From NCBI GenBank assembly GCA_028826165.1, contig JAPDFW010000092.1, forward strand, positions 992,001 through 1,056,000: 64,000 nt of DNA, given 5' to 3'. This document shows, in pieces, positions 14,860 through 27,818 of this stretch. Each line of letters starts with the position of its first letter. Positions within the stretch are counted from its first letter, which is position 1. The notes under the pieces were generated by a model. It searched no databases. It was not told the DNA's origin and saw only the letters and a program-made list of their open reading frames with translations. The translations under genes and the position numbers were made by a program. This DNA comes from Anaeramoeba ignava BMAN (lineage: Eukaryota; Protista; Anaeramoebae).

Positions 14860-16110
14860 ATTTTATATTTTAATTTTTTTAATTTTAATTTTAATTTTAA
14901 TTTCAGTTTTAATTTCAATTTTAATTTTAATTTTAATTTTAATTTTAATTTTAATTTCAATTTTAATTATAAATTTTAATTTTAATTTTAATTTTAATTT
15001 TAATTTTAATTTTAATTTTAATTTTATTTTAATTTAATTTTAATTTTAATTTTAATTTTAATTTTAATTTTAATTTTAATTTTAATTTTAATTTTAATTT
15101 TAATTTTAATTTTAATTTTAATTTTTGAATTTAATTTTTACATCAACTTGAACAGTTTTAATTTTAATTTTAATTTTAATTTTGTTTTTAATTGATAATT
15201 ATTTTTAATTTTAACTTAATTTTGAATAAAGAAAATTTTAATTTGAATTAAAATGTTTTGTTTAATGTTTGAAAAATTTTTCTTTGATTGTAATTGATCA
15301 TCTGGAATATTTTTTGATTGGGAATTTGAAATTTTAATTTTAAAAGAAATTTTTATTTTAATTTTTAATTTTAATTTTAATTTTAATTTTAATTTTAAAT
15401 TTTAATTTTAATTTTAATTTTAATTTTGATTTTTTAATTTGAATTTTAATTTTAATTTTAATTTTTAAATTTTAATTTTAATTTTAATTTTAATTTTTAA
15501 TTTAATTTTAATTTTAATTTTAGATTAAATTTTAATTTTTAATTTTAATTTCAATTTAATTTTAATTTTAAATTTAATTTTAATTTTAATTTTAATTTTA
15601 ATTTTAATTTTAATTTTAATTTTAATTTTAATTTTCAATTTTAATTTTTAATTTTAATTTTAATTTTTTTAATTTAATTTTAATTTTAATTTTTAATTTT
15701 AATTTTAATTTTTTTAATTTTTATTTTTAATTTTAATTTTAATTTTAATTTTAATTTTAATTTTAATTTTAAATTTTAATTTAAATTTTAATTTTAATTT
15801 TAATTTTAATTTTTAATTTTAATTTTAATTTTAATTTTAATTTTAATTTTAATTTTAATTTTAATTTTTTGAATTTTAATTTTAATTTTAAAATTTTAAT
15901 TTTAATTTTAATTTTAATTTTAATTTTAATTTTAATTTTAATTTTAATTTTAATTTTAATTTTAATTTTAATTTTAATTTTAATTTTAATTTTAATTTTA
16001 ATTTTAATTTGAATTTTAATTTTAATTTTAATTTTAATTTGAATTTTAATTTTAATTTTAATTTTAATTTTAATTTTAATTTTAATTTTAATTTTAATTT
16101 TAATTTCAAT
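14860..16110. repeat. (TTTTAA)n hexamer microsatellite tract within the PHAF1-like gene
   Basis: Long near-pure ttttaa runs; these produce the spurious IKIK/LKLK ORFs. Confidence 0.9.
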
Positions 16111-16139
16111 ATAAATGAATTTCAATTTAAATTTTATAC

Positions 16140-16553
16140 AGGATAATGATGAAGATAAAATTTCTTATTTCTTGTAAATTTTCCTTCATAAGATGGACCA
16201 ATAACATTCAAAACATGATCCAAAGTAAGTTTTATATCAGGACTTGATAAAACAACCTTTCGATTATTTAAATAACGTTTAGTAACAATTTTTATTTTAT
16301 TAAAATCAACAACTTTAATTATTCTAAGTTGTTGAGTTTTGGAACAAAATAATAGTTTTAATCCAATGTTTTCAACATATAATTCAAGATCTCGATGAAT
16401 AGGATCATCTTCTTCATAAATTAAATGCACTTCTCCATATTTGTAATACATTTTTTTAAGTAAATTAATGACTTCTTGAAGAATCATTCCCAATTTAAAA
16501 GGTCCAAAAGATTTTCCAAAAATTAATTCAAATTTATTTAATTCTTTACTCAT
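16140..16553 (-). CDS. PHAF1: PHAF1/C16orf70 (UPF0183)-like protein, exon 1; downstream exons (about 12800-15350) are garbled
   Basis: FGPFKLGMILQEVI...VHLIYEEDDPIHRDLEL...GLKLLFCSKTQQLRIIKV...IGPSYEG...LHHYP followed by a GTATAA donor. A remnant KISFQNSVSNILAEI lies near 14760-14810. Confidence 0.8.
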
Positions 16554-16712
16554 TTTTGATTTAAAAAAAGGAAAAAAAATGAAAAATGAAAAAATAAAAA
16601 AATAAAAAAATAAATAAAAAGGAGAAAAAAAATAAAAATTAATTTTCGCAATTCTTTCAATTCATTTTCCTTTTTTTTAAATCATTTTTCAATCATTTTT
16701 CTTTTAGAATTG

Positions 16713-19630
16713 ATGAATAATACAAATAATTTTTTTTATAAATTCTTTAGTCATCAAAATAAAAAATATCTTTTAATTTTCTTTGTAATTTTAAATTTGG
16801 GTGTATTTTTTCAAAGCTGGAGAAGATATAATCATTTTTTAAGTCGATCAGTTCCACCAAATCAAAATATTAATAATTTATGTGCTTGTAATTCTTCTCA
16901 TTTTGCTTGTTCTAAATCACTTTCTCATCAATTTGATAAATTTATTTGGTTTATTATTGATTCTTATCCTTATAAAAGGTTTGAAAGGATTTTACCAACT
17001 TATGAAGATCATTCAATTATATTCACAGTTTCTGTTTCTGGAATGAAATGGTCTCATGCTATTTTTTCATGTTGGTGGACTGGTATAAAATTCAATTATT
17101 TATTCAAATAATCAATTCATTACTTAATTAATAATTCAATTATTTAATTATTAAATCAAATTTAAAATTAAAATCAAAATCAAAATTAAAATCAAAATCA
17201 AAATCAAAATCAAAATCAAAATCAAAATCAAAATCAAAATCAAAATCAAAATCAAAATTAAAATCAAAATTAAAATCAAATTCAAATTCAAATTCAAATT
17301 TAAATTCAAAATCAAAATCAAAATCAAAATCAAAATCAAAATCAAAATCAAAATCAAAATCAAAATCAAAATCAAAATTAAAATCAAAATCAAAATCAAA
17401 ATTATATTTAATAAAATAATTAGGAATGCCTCCAACAAATTATTTTGCAACTACAATTAATGGTGATAATTTATTTCAAGCAATAAATAGAGCTTCAAAA
17501 AGTTGTTCAAATCAAAATCAAAATCAAATTCAAAATCAAAATCGAAATCAATTAGAAAATAAAAATCAAATTCAAAATCAAAATCAATTAGAAAATAAAA
17601 ATCAAAATCAAAATCAAAATCCAAACTTTAAATTGAAATTTGTTGGAACTGAATGGCCATTACTTACAGTATTAGGTGGAAAAGAGAAAATAAATCATCT
17701 TTTTGATGAAATCGAAATTATTAAAGATCAAGATTGTTATCCTCACAATTATCCTGAAATTCAAGATCCTATTATTCTTAATCAGAAATTAAAAGATGTT
17801 AGATCTAAAAATCAAAGTTTAATAATGTATTCAAGTATCTTTGATCATGAAACACATACAGGTAATAGAGATAGACTCAATTTTTTGGATAATTCAGCTG
17901 TAGAACTTTTTAAAAAAGATACACTTGTTAATTTCATTAAAGAAAATCCTGATTATTTACTTATTTTATCTTCAGATCATGGTGAAAGTATATCTCAATT
18001 TCATGGAGAATCAGAAACACTTCCAACAAAAAATATTGGATTTTTCTTATTTTATCATCCAGATTTCCAATATCAAAAATGGACACAGATCAAAGATGTT
18101 GATATAACAGCAACTTTAACATCTTTTCTTAAATCAGTTGATATCCCATTTTTTTCATTTGGGAAAATTGGAAATTCATATATTTCAAGAAATTTAGAAG
18201 ATGAATATAAAATTGAATTAATGAGAAATATTATACAACTTAAAAATGTTGCAAATTATTATGAGAAAGAAATTGAACCTAATTTTTATTATCCTTATCA
18301 AAATCAAAATGAATTTGATCAATTTTTACAATCATCATCTGTTGAAACATTATCAAAAATTGCTGACTTATATCAAGAAATTATCTATTTTCCTATTATT
18401 CCTATTCATAGATTTGATATGATTTTTTTAATTATATTATGTGTTTCAATTTCATTAATTTTATTGATATTAAATTATGAAAATTTAATAATTGAAATTT
18501 TCACATTAATTTGGACATTTTGGCCTTTGTTAACACTTTGGTATCAGTTTAAAACACTTTACATGGACACAAATAAGATTTATTTAATAACACATTTGGG
18601 GATCACATTAGTTTTGATTATTTACGAAAACCAAAGATTTTATATTTTATTTATTGAATTATTAAGTGCTATTATTTTGTTTATCAATATTTTTGATCCA
18701 TTTTCACCTTCAATTTACCAAAAAATCGGATTAATCATAATATCATTCATCATTTATCTGATTCAAAATAAATTTCAAAATCAGAATAGAAGTCAAAATC
18801 AAGAGCAAAATGAACTAGAACATCAAATGGAAATTATTCAAAAATCCCAAACTAAATTGAAACAAAACAAAGAAACAATAATTGTTTTAATTCTTCATAT
18901 TTTTATAATTTTATTTTTTATAACTCAAGATATTAATTGGTTTTATTTTTTATTTGATTTCCATATTTTTGCATTTGGATTTTATTCAATAATTTTTGGA
19001 ATAATGATAACAAGTTTTATAAAAAAAGATACAAAAATAGGAGTTGAAGCATTATGTTGGATGATTTTTATTCTTCAAAATTGTAATCCAAGAGCAATTT
19101 TAATTAATATTCAATTTAGATTTTTTATTTCCAAATTTGGAAAAACACAAATAAATGAAATGAACAAACAAAAAAGATTACAATTAATTCAAATATTATC
19201 TATATATTATTTAGATTATATTTTATATTCAGATTTATTTCTTGGAAAACAAACATTAGATTGGAATGTTGATGTTACACCAGGAGAAGTTGGAATTACA
19301 AGTTGGAATCTATATCCAATATTTAGTGCATTTTTAATGTTTATTGGAAAAACAGGAACACTAATAATTCCAATAATATATTCAATTATATTTTTAAAGA
19401 ATTATATTTTTTCATTATTGTTACTACTATTAGAAGTTTCAATTAGTTCTTTAGCATTAATCGCCGGTATCGCTGTTTTTAGAATTCCAGAAACAAGTCC
19501 TATTGCAGAAATGTTTACATTATTGACAATATACTCAATTATTTTAATAATATTAATTTTAATACATTTCTTTCAAGAATTTAAAAATTTTTCACAAAGA
19601 AATCAAAATAGAAATGAATTAATTTTTTAA
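16713..19630 (+). CDS. GPI ethanolamine-phosphate transferase-like protein (PIG-G/PIG-O type, alkaline-phosphatase superfamily), copy A; exons 16713-17082 and 17424-19630
   Basis: N-terminal TM anchor; WFIIDSYPY, WWTG|MPP, IFDHETH, LILSSDHG, FHGE, DVDITATL...IPFFSFGKI; multi-pass C-terminal half. Intron GTATAA...TTAG filled with (AAAATC)n. Confidence 0.75.
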
Positions 19631-19785
19631 AAGAAAATTTTTAAAATTACAAAAAGAGAATTCTAATTAAATAATGATTTCTTTTCCTTTTCCTTTTTCT
19701 TTTAAAAAATTTAATAAACATCAATAAAACAATTAAATTATTTTTTTTCTTTTTTATTTAAAATCTAAATCAAGAAAAAATTTTT

Positions 19786-22720
19786 TTAAATAATTCCTTC
19801 AATTATTTCATTTCTATTTTGATTTCTTTGAGTAAAGTTTCTGAATTCTTGAAAAAAATGGAATAAAATTAATATTATTAAAATAATTGAATATATTATC
19901 ATTAAATCAAAAAGTTCTACAATAGGACCTGTTCCTTCATCATTAAAAATTGAAATTCCCCAAATTAATGCTAAAGAACTAATTGAAACTTCTAATAATA
20001 GTAATAATAATGAAAAAATATAATTTTTTAAAAATATAATTGAGTATATTATTGGAATTATTAATGTTCCAGTTTTTCCAATAAACATTAAAAATGCACT
20101 AAATATTGGATATAAATTCCAACTTGTAATTCCAACTTCTCCTGGTGTAACATCAACATTCCAATCTAATGCTTGTTTTCCAAGAAATAAATCTGAATAT
20201 AAAATATAATCTAAATAATATATAGATAATATTTGTATTAATTGTAATCTTTTTGTTTGTTCATTTCATTAATTTGTGTTTTTCCAAATTTGGAAATAAA
20301 AAATCTAAATTGAATATTGATTAAAATTGCTCTTGGATTACAATTTTGAAGAATAAAAATCATCCAACATAATGCTTCAACTCCTATTTTTGTATCTTTT
20401 TTTATAAAACTTGTTATCATTATTCCAAAAATTATTGAATAAAATCCAAATGCAAAAATATGGAAATCAAATAAAAAATAAAACCAATTAATATCTTGAG
20501 TTATAAAAAATAAAATTATAAAAATATGAAGAATTAAAACAATTATTGTTTCTTTGTTTTGTTTCAATTTAGTTTGGGATTTTTGAATAATTTCCATTTG
20601 ATGTTCTGGTTCATTTCGAAATAGATAAATGATGAATGATATTATGATTAATCCGATTTTTTGGTAAATTGAAGGTGAAAATGGATCAAAAATATTGATA
20701 AACAAAATAATAGCACTTAATAATTCAATTTTGAGAATTGGAAACTTGTAAGTTGGTTCAATTTTTATCAATATTAAGCTTAATAATAAATTTGATAATG
20801 GAAAAAATAATTTTTGATTTATAAAATATTCTTTAAATTGCCACCAAACTGTTAATAAAGGCCAAAATGTCCAAATTAATGTGAAAGTTTCAATTATTAA
20901 ATTTTCATAATTTAATATCAATAAAATTAATGAAATTGAAACACATAATATAATTAAAAAAATCATATCAAATAGATAATTTTGTTTAAAAGGAGAAGAA
21001 AGTATTGCTCGATATAAACTTGCAATTCTTGATAATGTTTCAACAGATGATGATTGTAAAAATTGATCAAATTCATTTTGATTTTGATGAGGATAATAAA
21101 AATTAGGTTCAATTTCTTTCTCATAATAATTTGCAACATTTTTAAGTTGTATAATATTTCTCATTAATTCAATTTTATATTCATCTTCTAAATTTCTTGA
21201 AATATATGAATTTCCAATTTTCCCAAATGAAAAAAATGGGATATCAACTGATTTAAGAAAAGATGTTAAAGTTGCTGTTATATCAACATCTTTGATTTGT
21301 ATCCATTTTTGATATTGGAAATCTGGATGATAAAATAAGAAAAATCCAATATTTTTTGTTGGAAGTGTTTGTGATTCTCCATGGAATTGAGATAAGCTAT
21401 CACCATGATCTGAAGATAAAATAAGTAAATAATCAGGATTTTCTTTAATGAAATTAATAAGTGTATCTTTTTTAAAAAGTTCTACAATTGAATTATCCAA
21501 AAAATTGAGTCTTTCAGTTTCAGTATCGTGTGCTTCATGATCAAAGATACTTGAATACATTATTAAACTTTGATTTTTAGATCTAACATCTTTTAATTTT
21601 TGATTAAGAATAATAGGATCTTGAATTTCAGGATAAATGTAAGGATAACAATCTTGATCTTTAATAATTTCAATTTCATCAAAAAGATGATTTATTTTCT
21701 CTTTTCCACCTAATACTGTAAGTAATGGCCATTCAGTTCCAACAAATTTCAATTTAAAGTTTGGATTTTGATTTTGATTTTGATTTTTATTTTCTAATTG
21801 ATTTTGATTTTGATTTTGAATTTGATTTTGATTTTGATTTTGATTTGAACAACTTTTTGAAGCTCTATTTATTGCTTGAAATAAATTATCACCATTAATT
21901 GTAGTTGCAAAATAATTTGTTGGAGGCATTCCTAATTATTTTATTAAATATAATTTTGATTTTTATTTTGAATTTGAATTTGAATTTGATTTTGATTTTG
22001 ATTTTGATTTTGATTTTAATTTTGATTTTGATTTTGATTTTAATTTTGATTTTGATTTTGATTTTGATTTTGATTTTAATTTTGATTTTGAATTTGATTT
22101 TGATTTTGATTTTGATTTTGATTTTAATTTTGATTTTGATTTTGAATTTGAATTTGAATTTGAATTTGATTTTAAATTTGATTTTAATTTTGATTTTGAT
22201 TTTGATTTTGATTTTAAATTTGAATTTGATTTAGATTTAGATTTAGATTTAGATTTAGATTTAGATTTAGATTTAGATTTTGATTTTGATTTTGATTTTG
22301 ATTTTGATTTTGATTTTTGATTTAGATTTTAATTTTGATTTTAAATTTAAATTTCTACCAGTCCACCAACATGAAAAAATAGCATGAGACCATTTTAAAC
22401 CAGAAACAGAAACTGTGAATATAATTGAATGATCTTCATAAGTTGGTAAAATCCTTTTCAAACCTTTTATAAGGATAAGAATCAATAATAAACCAAATAA
22501 ATTTATCAAATTGATGAGAAAGTGATTTAGAACAAGCAAAATGAGAAGAATTACAAGCACATAAATTATTAATATTTTGATTTGTTGGTGGAATTCCTTG
22601 ATTCATAAAATTATTATATTTATCTAAACATCTAAAAAATATTAACATTTGAATCAATAAAATACAAACTAAAAGTAATATTTTCTTTGGATTATTAAAA
22701 GTTTCTTCAAATTTTCGCAT
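19786..22720 (-). CDS. GPI ethanolamine-phosphate transferase-like protein, copy B (inverted paralogue); exons 22720-22359 and 21931-19786, with two homopolymer frameshifts (about 22456 and about 20252)
   Basis: Near-identical to copy A over long tracts and shares the intron position (GTAGAA...TTAG). Versus copy A it has +1 A at TGAAAAGG and -1 A at ACAAAAAG. Confidence 0.72.
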
Positions 22721-22845
22721 TTTATTTATTAAAATTAAAGTTAAAATTATAATTAAATTAAAAAATGAAAAAATGAAAAAAAAATTAATTTCATTTTTCC
22801 ATTTCTTGTTATATTTTCTTTATCAACAAAAAATTATTAAAAAAT

Positions 22846-25800
22846 ATGGAATTTATTGAAGAATTTGAAAAGAAAAGTACATTTGCAAAATATCTTTTAA
22901 ATCCTTTTTTTCGACAAGTATTACAATTTGACCCAAAAAAACCTTTTAATTCAGATGCAGAATATTTTGAAGTAAAAATTAAATTAAAAATTAATTCAAA
23001 AAAAAATTCTAATTTTAAAAAAAAAAAATTCTTTAATTAAATTTTTTTTAATTATTTTTTATTTAGTTAATGGAAGCTCGTCTTTGGTTTTGTTTTTTAG
23101 AGCATGAATTACAAACAAATAATGCAGATTCACTTGTTCTTCCTATTGGGAAAACTTTACATTTAAGTAAGGATTTACTTTAAATTATTTTTTCTTCTTT
23201 TATTTTAAATTATATTTTTTTTTTCAATTTTTTTGTTAATTTTAATTTTACAAGATTTTGAACAAGTTATTGAAGTTTTAAGTTTGATCAAATCTTTAGA
23301 TCAAAAAGTTATAGAAATTCGGGAAAGTAAATTAAGTGTTATGAAAGTAAATAAAACCAAATTAAATTAAATTTAAATCAATTCAAATCAAATCAAATTA
23401 AATCAAATTAAATCAAATCAAATTAAATTAAATTAAATTAAATTAAATCAAAATGAAAATCAAATCAATTATTTAAATCAAATTAAATTCAAATCAAATC
23501 AAATTCAAATAAAATTAAAATCAAATCAAATTAAATTCAAAATTAAATCAAATTAAATTCAAATTCAAAATTAAATCAAACCAAATCAAATCAAATTAAA
23601 TCAAATTCAAATCAAATTCAAATTCAAATCAAATTCAAATTCAAATCAAATTCAAATTAAATTAAATTAAATCAAATCAAATTAAATTAAATCAAATTAA
23701 ATCAAATCAAATCAAATCAAATCAAATCAAAATTAAATAAAATCAAAATTAAATCAAAACCAAAATGAAAATTAAATTAAATCAAATTAAATTAAATAAA
23801 ATTAAATCAAAATTAAATTAAAATTTAAATCAAATTAAATTAAATCAAATTAAATTAAATCAAATTAAATTCAAATTCAAAATTAAATTCAAATCAATTA
23901 TTTAAATCAAATTAAATTCAAATTAAATTCAAATTAAATTAAATTAAATCGAATCAATTATTTAAATCAAATTAAATTAAATTTAAATCAAATCAAATTA
24001 AATTCAAATCAAATTAAATCAAATCAAATTAAATTAAATTAAACCAAATTAAATCAAATTAAATTAAATTAAATTAAATTATTTAAATCAAATTAAATCA
24101 AATCAAATCAAATTAAATCAAATTAAAATTAAATTAAATTAAATTAAAATCAAATTCAAATTAAATCAAAATTAAATTAAATTAAATTCAAAATTAAATT
24201 AAATTTAAATTAAATCAAATTCAAATTCAAATTAAATTAAATTTAAATTAAAATCAAATTAAATTCAAATCAAATCAAATTAAATTAAACCAAATTAAAT
24301 TAAATCAAATCAAATTAAATCAAAATTAAATTAAATCAAAATTAAATTAAAATTAAATTAAATTAAATTCAAATCAAATTAAATTAAATTAAATTAAATT
24401 AAATTAAATCAAATCAAATTAAATCAAATCAAATCAAATCAAATTAAATTAAATTAAATTAAATCAAATCAAATCAAATCAAATCAAATTAAATTAAATT
24501 AAATTAAATCAAATTAAATCAAATTAAATCAAATCAAATCAAATCAAATTAAATAAAATCAAAATTAAATCAAAACCAAAATGAAAATCAAATTAAATTA
24601 AATCAAATTAAATTAAATAAAATTAAATCAATTTAAATCAAATCAATTATTTAAATTCAAATCAAATTAAATTAAATCAAATCAAATTAAATTAAATCAA
24701 ATTAAATTCAAAGTTGAAACCAAGAGTTGTAAGATGGTCTCAAAAAGTGGGTCTTTCAGAAAAAGAAGCATTAGGATTCACATACCTTGTATTGAACCAA
24801 ACAGGAAATCATGTTCGAGGATTGGAAGACTTCCAAATCAATATTCCTGTCAATTTTGTAACATATACAGGAATGAATTCACATGAACTCATGGGATTTT
24901 TCAGAGAAACAAGAAAACACATAAAAGAAAGCATTTTTGAATACTTTGACCCGCATTACTTCCTTCAAAATACATTGTACATCGCAGAAGAAGTTTTAGT
25001 TGCTTTGCTTAATGGAAAAATGTCAGAAGAGCAGATTCTTAAGATTGACAAAACAACTCTTCAGGAAGTTATTGATGAAGAAAAAACTGAAGATAAAATT
25101 GAAGTGAAAGAAAAAGAAAAAGAAAAAGAAAAAGATAAAACTGAAGTTAAAGAGAAAATTGAGGAAACAGATCTTTTCGAATTTATAAAGAAAGAAATGA
25201 CTGCTGATAAAATAACTAATAAAACAGATGAAAACTTGAAGGATTTTGCTGAAAGATTTAACAAGCAAGTCAAGGAAGAAAAAGATTTCGGATACGGAGA
25301 TGATCAAACACAATTAACTGAGGAAGTGGAAAAAGATATTGAGAAAATTACAGGACAAATTGAAAATGTCGAAATTGTCGAAAAAATAGGAAATGTCAAA
25401 AAAGTTGAATTAACAGAAATAACGGAAAATGGGGACAAAATGGAAAACACGGAAATGGTGGATAAAGAAGAGAACAGCGCGGATCTGAAGCCGTATAAGA
25501 CAGATCTGGAATATCTGGAGGATTACTTCGAAAAATTCACTGTTTTGATCCGGATCTCCAACGAAAGACAGAACGAAATGCAGTCTCGAATATACGGGGG
25601 ATACGCGCAGTCCGAGGTCATACTTCGGCAATTGATAGCGAAGGAGCGAGTATTAGGGAAGAAATGCGAACGCAGACTTGAACTAACCAAGAAAGAAGGT
25701 GAATGGCTGCCGAGAATTGAGCGACTCTCAGAAGCACGCCGGCTTAATGAATTCGAGAAGGAGGTTGTGCTTTTCCTTGTGGGATCCAACATCTCGCAAA

Positions 25801-27611
25801 GTATGCAGAACGCGGGTGCTGTCAGGGATCTCAGTGTGGCAAGACTGATCCGATTTTTCTGCCGGACATTGCATGAAGAAATGGAGAAAAGAAAATTTTT
25901 TTACAAAACTGGAACGCTTATAAGGGACGGGATAGTGCGAGTGCTAGGCGCGGGGTTCCACAACAACCTGGACGATCTTTATCTTACAGTGGATCGTCGA
26001 ATGCTGGATTTTGTAATGGGAATTGACACGGAAATGAGCGAAATGGTCGAGGGATCCCACTTGTACTCAAGCCAGGTCGAATTGGATAACGTAATCCTCG
26101 GCACTGAGCAGAAACAAACAATTGTGCGTACTGTACTTGAATATGACAACTTTGTCAAGTGCCGCAATAAGCTTGGATTGGAAGATGTCATCACGTTTTC
26201 CGGCGGCATTGTCATGTTGTTTTACGGCGAATCCGGAACTGGAAAAACAATGATGGCAAATGCACTTGGAAATGCGTTGAAAAAGAAAATTATGCTTGTC
26301 AACTTCCCAACTCTTGGACAATCAGAAGCAGGAGAGAATATCAAGTACATTTTTCGCGAAGCAAAAATATATCAGGCACTTTTATTCTTTGATGAATGTG
26401 AAGCTCTTTTTGAAAGTAGAGAACATGGAAAATATGACGTTAACTTACTTTTAACGGAAATCGAACGGTTCGACGGCATCATCATTTTGGCCACAAACCG
26501 CGCATTTGATCTTGATGAAGGCATGCACCGCAGAATCACTATTGCTGCCGAATTCACAAAACCTGATGCGCTTTTGCGGGAGAAGATCTGGAGAACACAT
26601 CTTCCGCCATCACTGTCACTCGACAAAGATGTCAACATCAAAGCACTAGCAAGCAAATACGAGTTGACAGGAGGATTTATCAAAAACGCTGTTCTTTCGG
26701 CATTGTCGTTGGCATTGGCAGAAAGCGAATCGCACACAAACGTGACATTGACACACAAGCACTTAGAACAAGGGGCGCAATTTCAGTTACGATCTCGATT
26801 GCGGATGGTGGACTTCCATCGCAGAGTTGTTCCTCAGCGCGGGATGGACGCGGTGGTGTTGCCCAAAGAGACGCAGGATATTCTGTTCGAGATAATCAAC
26901 GCAGAAAAAGCACGTCAAGTACTTCACAATTGGGGATTTGATTCACAATGTGGATTCCAAAGAGGAACAACCGTTCTTTTTACTGGATTGCCTGGAACAG
27001 GAAAAACACTTGCTGCCGAGGCTATCGGTTTCGAGACTGGAAAACCACTCAAAATTGTCAACGCGGCTGAGGTTCTATCGAAATTTGTGGGCGATACTTC
27101 CAAAAATATTGATTCACTATTTCATCAAGCAGCCGTTCACGATTCCCTGCTTGTTTTTGACGAGGCAGAAGGGCTCTTCGGCAAACGCCATCTTGACCAG
27201 ACAAACTCCGTCGATCGTTATGCAAACGTCGATGTCGGTCTTCTGCTCTATCACATGGAACAGTACAACGGCATTGTTATTCTCTGCACAAACAAGATTG
27301 ATTTAATTGATCCCGCGTTTTTCCGGCGAATGAAATATGTCGTCGATTTTTCCCTTCCTTCTCCTTCTCTCAGAGAGAAGCTCTGGAAAATCTTGATCCC
27401 AAATGCCGCTCCTTGTGATTCTGATATCCAATTTTCCCTTCTTGCTCGTGATTTCGCTTTTGCAGGTGGAAATATCAAAAACGCCATCTTTCGTGCTGCT
27501 TCAAAAGTTGCTCTTCGTGATGAAGGTGATCGTTCAATTCATATGGATGATCTTATTAAAGCTGCTCGTGATGAACAACGTAAAATGGAGAAAAGCAAAC
27601 TTGTTTACTGA
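22846..27611 (+). CDS. Tandem (double) AAA+ ATPase with duplicated N-terminal helical module; resembles bacterial Afp15/Pvc15-type ATPases; 4 exons (22846-22971, about 23067-23166, about 23255-23346, 24714-27611)
   Basis: Two Walker A motifs (GESGTGKT, GLPGTGKT) and two Walker B motifs (LLFFDECE, LLVFDEAE). Signature LFGKR...DRYANVDVGLLLYHMEQYNGIVILCTN...DPAFFRR...AGGNIKNA. GT-AG joins keep the frame. Confidence 0.8.
23347..24713 (+). repeat. 1.37-kb intron of (AAATT/AAATC)n pentamer repeats
   Basis: GTAAAT donor and TTCAAAG acceptor; the interior is almost entirely pentamers. Confidence 0.9.
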
Positions 27612-27818
27612 AATCAAAATTAAATCAAAAATCAAAAATCAAAAATCAAAATCAAATTTAAAAAAATTTTTAGAATTTCATTTGGAAAATTTTATTTAAA
27701 ATTCTATCTTCTCCTTTTTTATCTTCTTTCACTTTCTTCTTTTATTATGAAGAAACTAAATAAAATCAAAAAACCAAAAAAAATAATTTTTTCAAATCAA
27801 ATTTTTAACTTTCCTTTC

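Noticed and set aside
14860-16110. Telomeric repeat
   Set aside because: The G-free hexamer lies inside a gene, and the same unit fills many internal introns.
24714-27611. Intein or foreign insertion in the AAA ATPase or other long ORFs
   Set aside because: No Cys/Ser...His-Asn splice junction motifs or LAGLIDADG blocks were recognised, and the domains are colinear.
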